Positions 60,750 to 64,000 of a stretch of DNA of 64,000 nucleotides are shown one piece after another. The first letter of the stretch is position 1. Every line of letters starts with the position of its first letter. Both the position numbers and the translations under genes were made by a program. The notes under the pieces are model-generated. The model searched no databases, was not told where the DNA came from, and saw nothing but the letters and a program-made list of their open reading frames with translations. The stretch is from Mobula hypostoma (taxonomy: Eukaryota): NCBI RefSeq assembly GCF_963921235.1, contig NC_086098.1, forward strand, positions 154,318,001 through 154,382,000, given 5' to 3'.

Positions 60750-62795
60750 AGTTGAAAGGAAAGGTTAAAAGTTTGAGAGAACCATGGTTTTCAAGGGATA
60801 TTGGAAACTTGATTCGGAAAAAGAGAGGGATCTACAATAAATATAGGCAGCTTGGAGTAAATGAGGTTCTCGAGGAATATAAAGAATGTAAAAATAATCT
60901 TAAGAAAGAAATTAGAAAAGCTAAAAGAAGATACGAGGCTGCTTTGGCAAGTAAGGTGAAAATAAATCCAAAGGGTGTCTACAGTTATATTAATACCAAA
61001 ACGATAGTGAGGGATAAAATTGGTCCCTTAGAGAATCGGAGTGGACGGATATGTGCGGAGCCAAAAGAGATGGGGGAGATTTTGAACAATTCCTTTTCTT
61101 CGGTATTCACTGAGGAGAAGCATATTGAATTGTGTAAGGTAAAGGAAACATGAAGGGTTGTTATGGAAAGTATGATGATTAAAGAAGAGGAAGTACTGGA
61201 GCTTTTAAGGAATATAAAAGTGGATAATTCTCCGGGTCCGGACAAGATATTCCCTAGGACCTTGAGGGAAGTTAGTGTGGAAATAGCAGGGGCTCTGACA
61301 GAAATATTTCAAATGTCATTAGAAAAGGGATGGTGCCAGAGGATTGGCGTATTGCTCATGTTGTTCCATTGTTTAAGAAGGGTTGTAAGAGCAACCTAGC
61401 AATTATCGGCCTGTGAGTTTGACGTCAGTGGTGGGTAAATTGATGGAAAGTATTCTTAGCAATAGTATATATAATTATCTGGATAGACAGGGTCTGATTA
61501 GGAACAGTCAACATGGATTTGTGCGTGGAAGGTCATGTTTGACAAATCTTATTGAACTTTTTGATGAGGTTACTAGGAAAGTTGACGAGGGCAAAGCGGT
61601 GGATTTTGTCTATATGGACTTCAGTAACGCCTTTGACAAGGTTCCACACGGAAGGTTAGTTAGGAAGTTTCAATCGTTAGACATTAATATCGAAGTAGTA
61701 AAATGGATTCAGCAGTGGCTGGATGGGAGACGCCAGAGAGTAGTGGTGGATAACTGTTTGTCAGATTGGAGGCCGGTGACTAGTGGTGTGCCTCAGGGAT
61801 CTGTACTGGGTGCAGTGTTGTTTGTCATATATATTAATGACCTGGATGATGGGGTGGTAAATTGGATTAGTAAGTACGCAGATGATACTAAGATAGGTGG
61901 CGTTGTGGATAATGAAGTAGGTTTTTAAAGCTTGCAGATAAATTGAGACCAGTTAGAAGAGTGGGCTGAAAGATGGCAGATGGAGTTTAATGCTGAAAAA
62001 TGTGAGGTGCTGCATTTTGGTAGGACTAATCAAAATAGGACATGCATGGTAAATGGTAGGACATCGAAGAATGCAGTAGAACAGAGGGACCTAGCAATAA
62101 TGGTGCATAGTTCCCGGAAGGTGGAATCTCATATGGATAGGGGCGGTGAAGAAAGCTTTTGGTATGCTGGCCTTTATATATCAGAGCATAGAGTATAGGA
62201 GTTGGGGTGTAATGTTGAAATTGTATAAGGCATTTGTGAGGCCAAATTTGGAGAATTGTGTACAGTTCTGGTCACCGAATTATAGGAAAGAAGTCAATAA
62301 AACTGAGAGAGTACAGAGGAGATTTACTAAAAGGATGCCTGGGTTTCATCTCCTAAGTTACAGAGAAAGGTTGAACAAATTAGGTCTTTATTTTCTGGAA
62401 GCTTAGAAGGTTGAAGAGGAACTTGATAGAGGTATTTAATATTATGAGGGGGATAGATAGACTTGACGTGGATAGGCTTTTTCCATTGAGAGTGGGGGAG
62501 ATTCAAACAAGAGGACATGAGTTGCGAGTTAAATGTCAAAAGTTTAGGGGTAACATGAGGGGGAACATCTTTACTCAGAGAGTGGTAGCTGTGTGGAACG
62601 AGCTTCCAGCAGAAGTGGTTGTGGCAGGTTCGATGTTGTCATTTAAAGTTAAATTAGATAAATATATGGACAGGAAAGGAATGGAGGGTTATAGGCTGAA
62701 TGCAGGTCGGTGGGACGAGGTGAGAGTAAGAGTTCGGCATGGACTAGAAGGCCCGAGATGGCCTGTTTCCGTGCTGTAATTGTTATATGGTTATA
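60750..62795 (+). mobile_element. 5'-truncated CR1 ORF2 to 3' end
   Basis: [61 protein letters not shown]; tail ttatatggttatatg. Confidence 0.93.
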
Positions 62796-64000
62796 TGAAA
62801 GATATGCCTTAATCCTCGTTGGATCATTCAGATTTTGCACTTCTACAGTCATCTTTTTCTGTGATTCCATTTGAAAGAATTCCTAAGACTGAATCCACGT
62901 TTGCAAGGATTGATAGTTCTTCAAATTCTTTGTTTCTACGCAGGTAATTCAGCATATCAGTCAACCTCTTAATGGTACCAATAACTTGTCATAAATTACA
63001 AATTTCAAATCACAGTATTTCTACTATATTTTTTAGGCAACGCTTCCGTCGTAGTTCGTAATGGTAGCTGAATAACTCTCTCTCAGTCGCACAACAGCAC
63101 CAGGGTTAAAAGCTGACGATTCTCTTAGTCATCAGTAAATTTCTTGTCCAAGTGATTGCGCACACGTTGAATGTATAGAGTATGCGGATAATCGAAGTCA
63201 GAGCATATAGATGCCGGCAGAGCCTTTACTTTTGTCACGCCAATAAATAGTATCGGCATGATAATGAGACCCTACCATAATGTGTTCATTTTTGTTTCTG
63301 CATGCTGCGTTCCTTCGAGTGTATTCAAACAGCTTCTCTAATGGAATTTACAAAGCGTGCCAGATATTATAAACATTTTTAAGGACAATTAATTCTACCC
63401 GATATTATGTGTTGGCCAAAATCTTCAGGCAGTAGTTGTTGATTTGATCATTACATTCGTTAACTTCCTATTTGCAATGCTCGATCAAATCGTCATAAAT
63501 CCTCATAAAACCAGTAATGACAAAACGCCTTGACAGCTATGTAACTTTGTTTAGTGGTATAAATGAGACAACATCACATTCTCTGATACTAGCCAATTCT
63601 ACTAAGATTTTCTTTTTCACCCGACTAACTGTTGAACACAGGTCGTAGTAATGTTTCTACATACATATAATTCATATTTTTCCAATGCATCCTCTCATTC
63701 CAGGTCTTCTCTGTGTAGACCGCAATGTTGCTCAGACAGATGCTTTATTTCTTGTCCAAGAACTGCTGCCACAACATTAGTCTTTCTAACCAAAACATTT
63801 GCCCCGTCTGAGATAAACATCACCAGGTAATGAATATCAAGATTGTTGTTGATATAATTTTTATTGCTTCAACAATAGCGATACTGCCTCACGCAGTCAA
63901 TTACAAAAACCAGCAAAGACAGTTTGTGCGGACGTTTCATTTTTCGGTCGAAAGCTGATACATAACATTAACATTTTCTGTATAGAAGTGCCCGTACCTG

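Noticed and set aside
63700-63830. Acceptor followed by GLLCVDRNVAQT, resembling a leader/V start
   Set aside because: No Cys/Trp framework follows and the frame closes after about 40 codons.
1-64000. CRISPR arrays, rRNA, bona fide tRNA, prokaryotic operons
   Set aside because: None seen; the sequence is vertebrate repeat-rich DNA and the only tRNA-like boxes belong to a decayed SINE.

Overview
This is eukaryotic DNA, most likely from a cartilaginous fish (shark or ray), inferred from the Ig lambda-type constant exon and the repeat families present. Almost all of the window is decayed or nested transposable elements: many CR1 LINE pieces (one near full length), Rex1/Babar-type LINE pieces, one L1-clade LINE, three Ty3/Gypsy pol regions with LTRs, a Penelope GIY-YIG remnant, and hAT and mariner elements or MITEs. 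I found no intact host gene. The only host-gene sequence I recognise is a frameshifted Ig light-chain (lambda/type II-like) constant-region pseudo-exon at 43774-44092, with no convincing V-J in the window. The most notable unexplained structure is a short repeat present in four copies (two as a 194-bp hairpin at 21733-21926, plus 38157-38252 and 42373-42469). Each copy carries a minimal type I hammerhead ribozyme motif (stem I-CUGAnGA-stem II-GAAAC-GUC-stem I'), as known for Penelope-like element termini. Other points of interest are a TRIM-like internally deleted LTR element with a chimeric LTR, a 604-bp TSD-flanked non-coding retro-insertion with a possible HDV-like fold, a ~1.2-kb local duplication, and a CpG-poor block inside a CpG-retaining region. 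Element boundaries were read by eye and are approximate unless TSDs or TIRs are quoted. Family names come from recognised motifs, not database searches.
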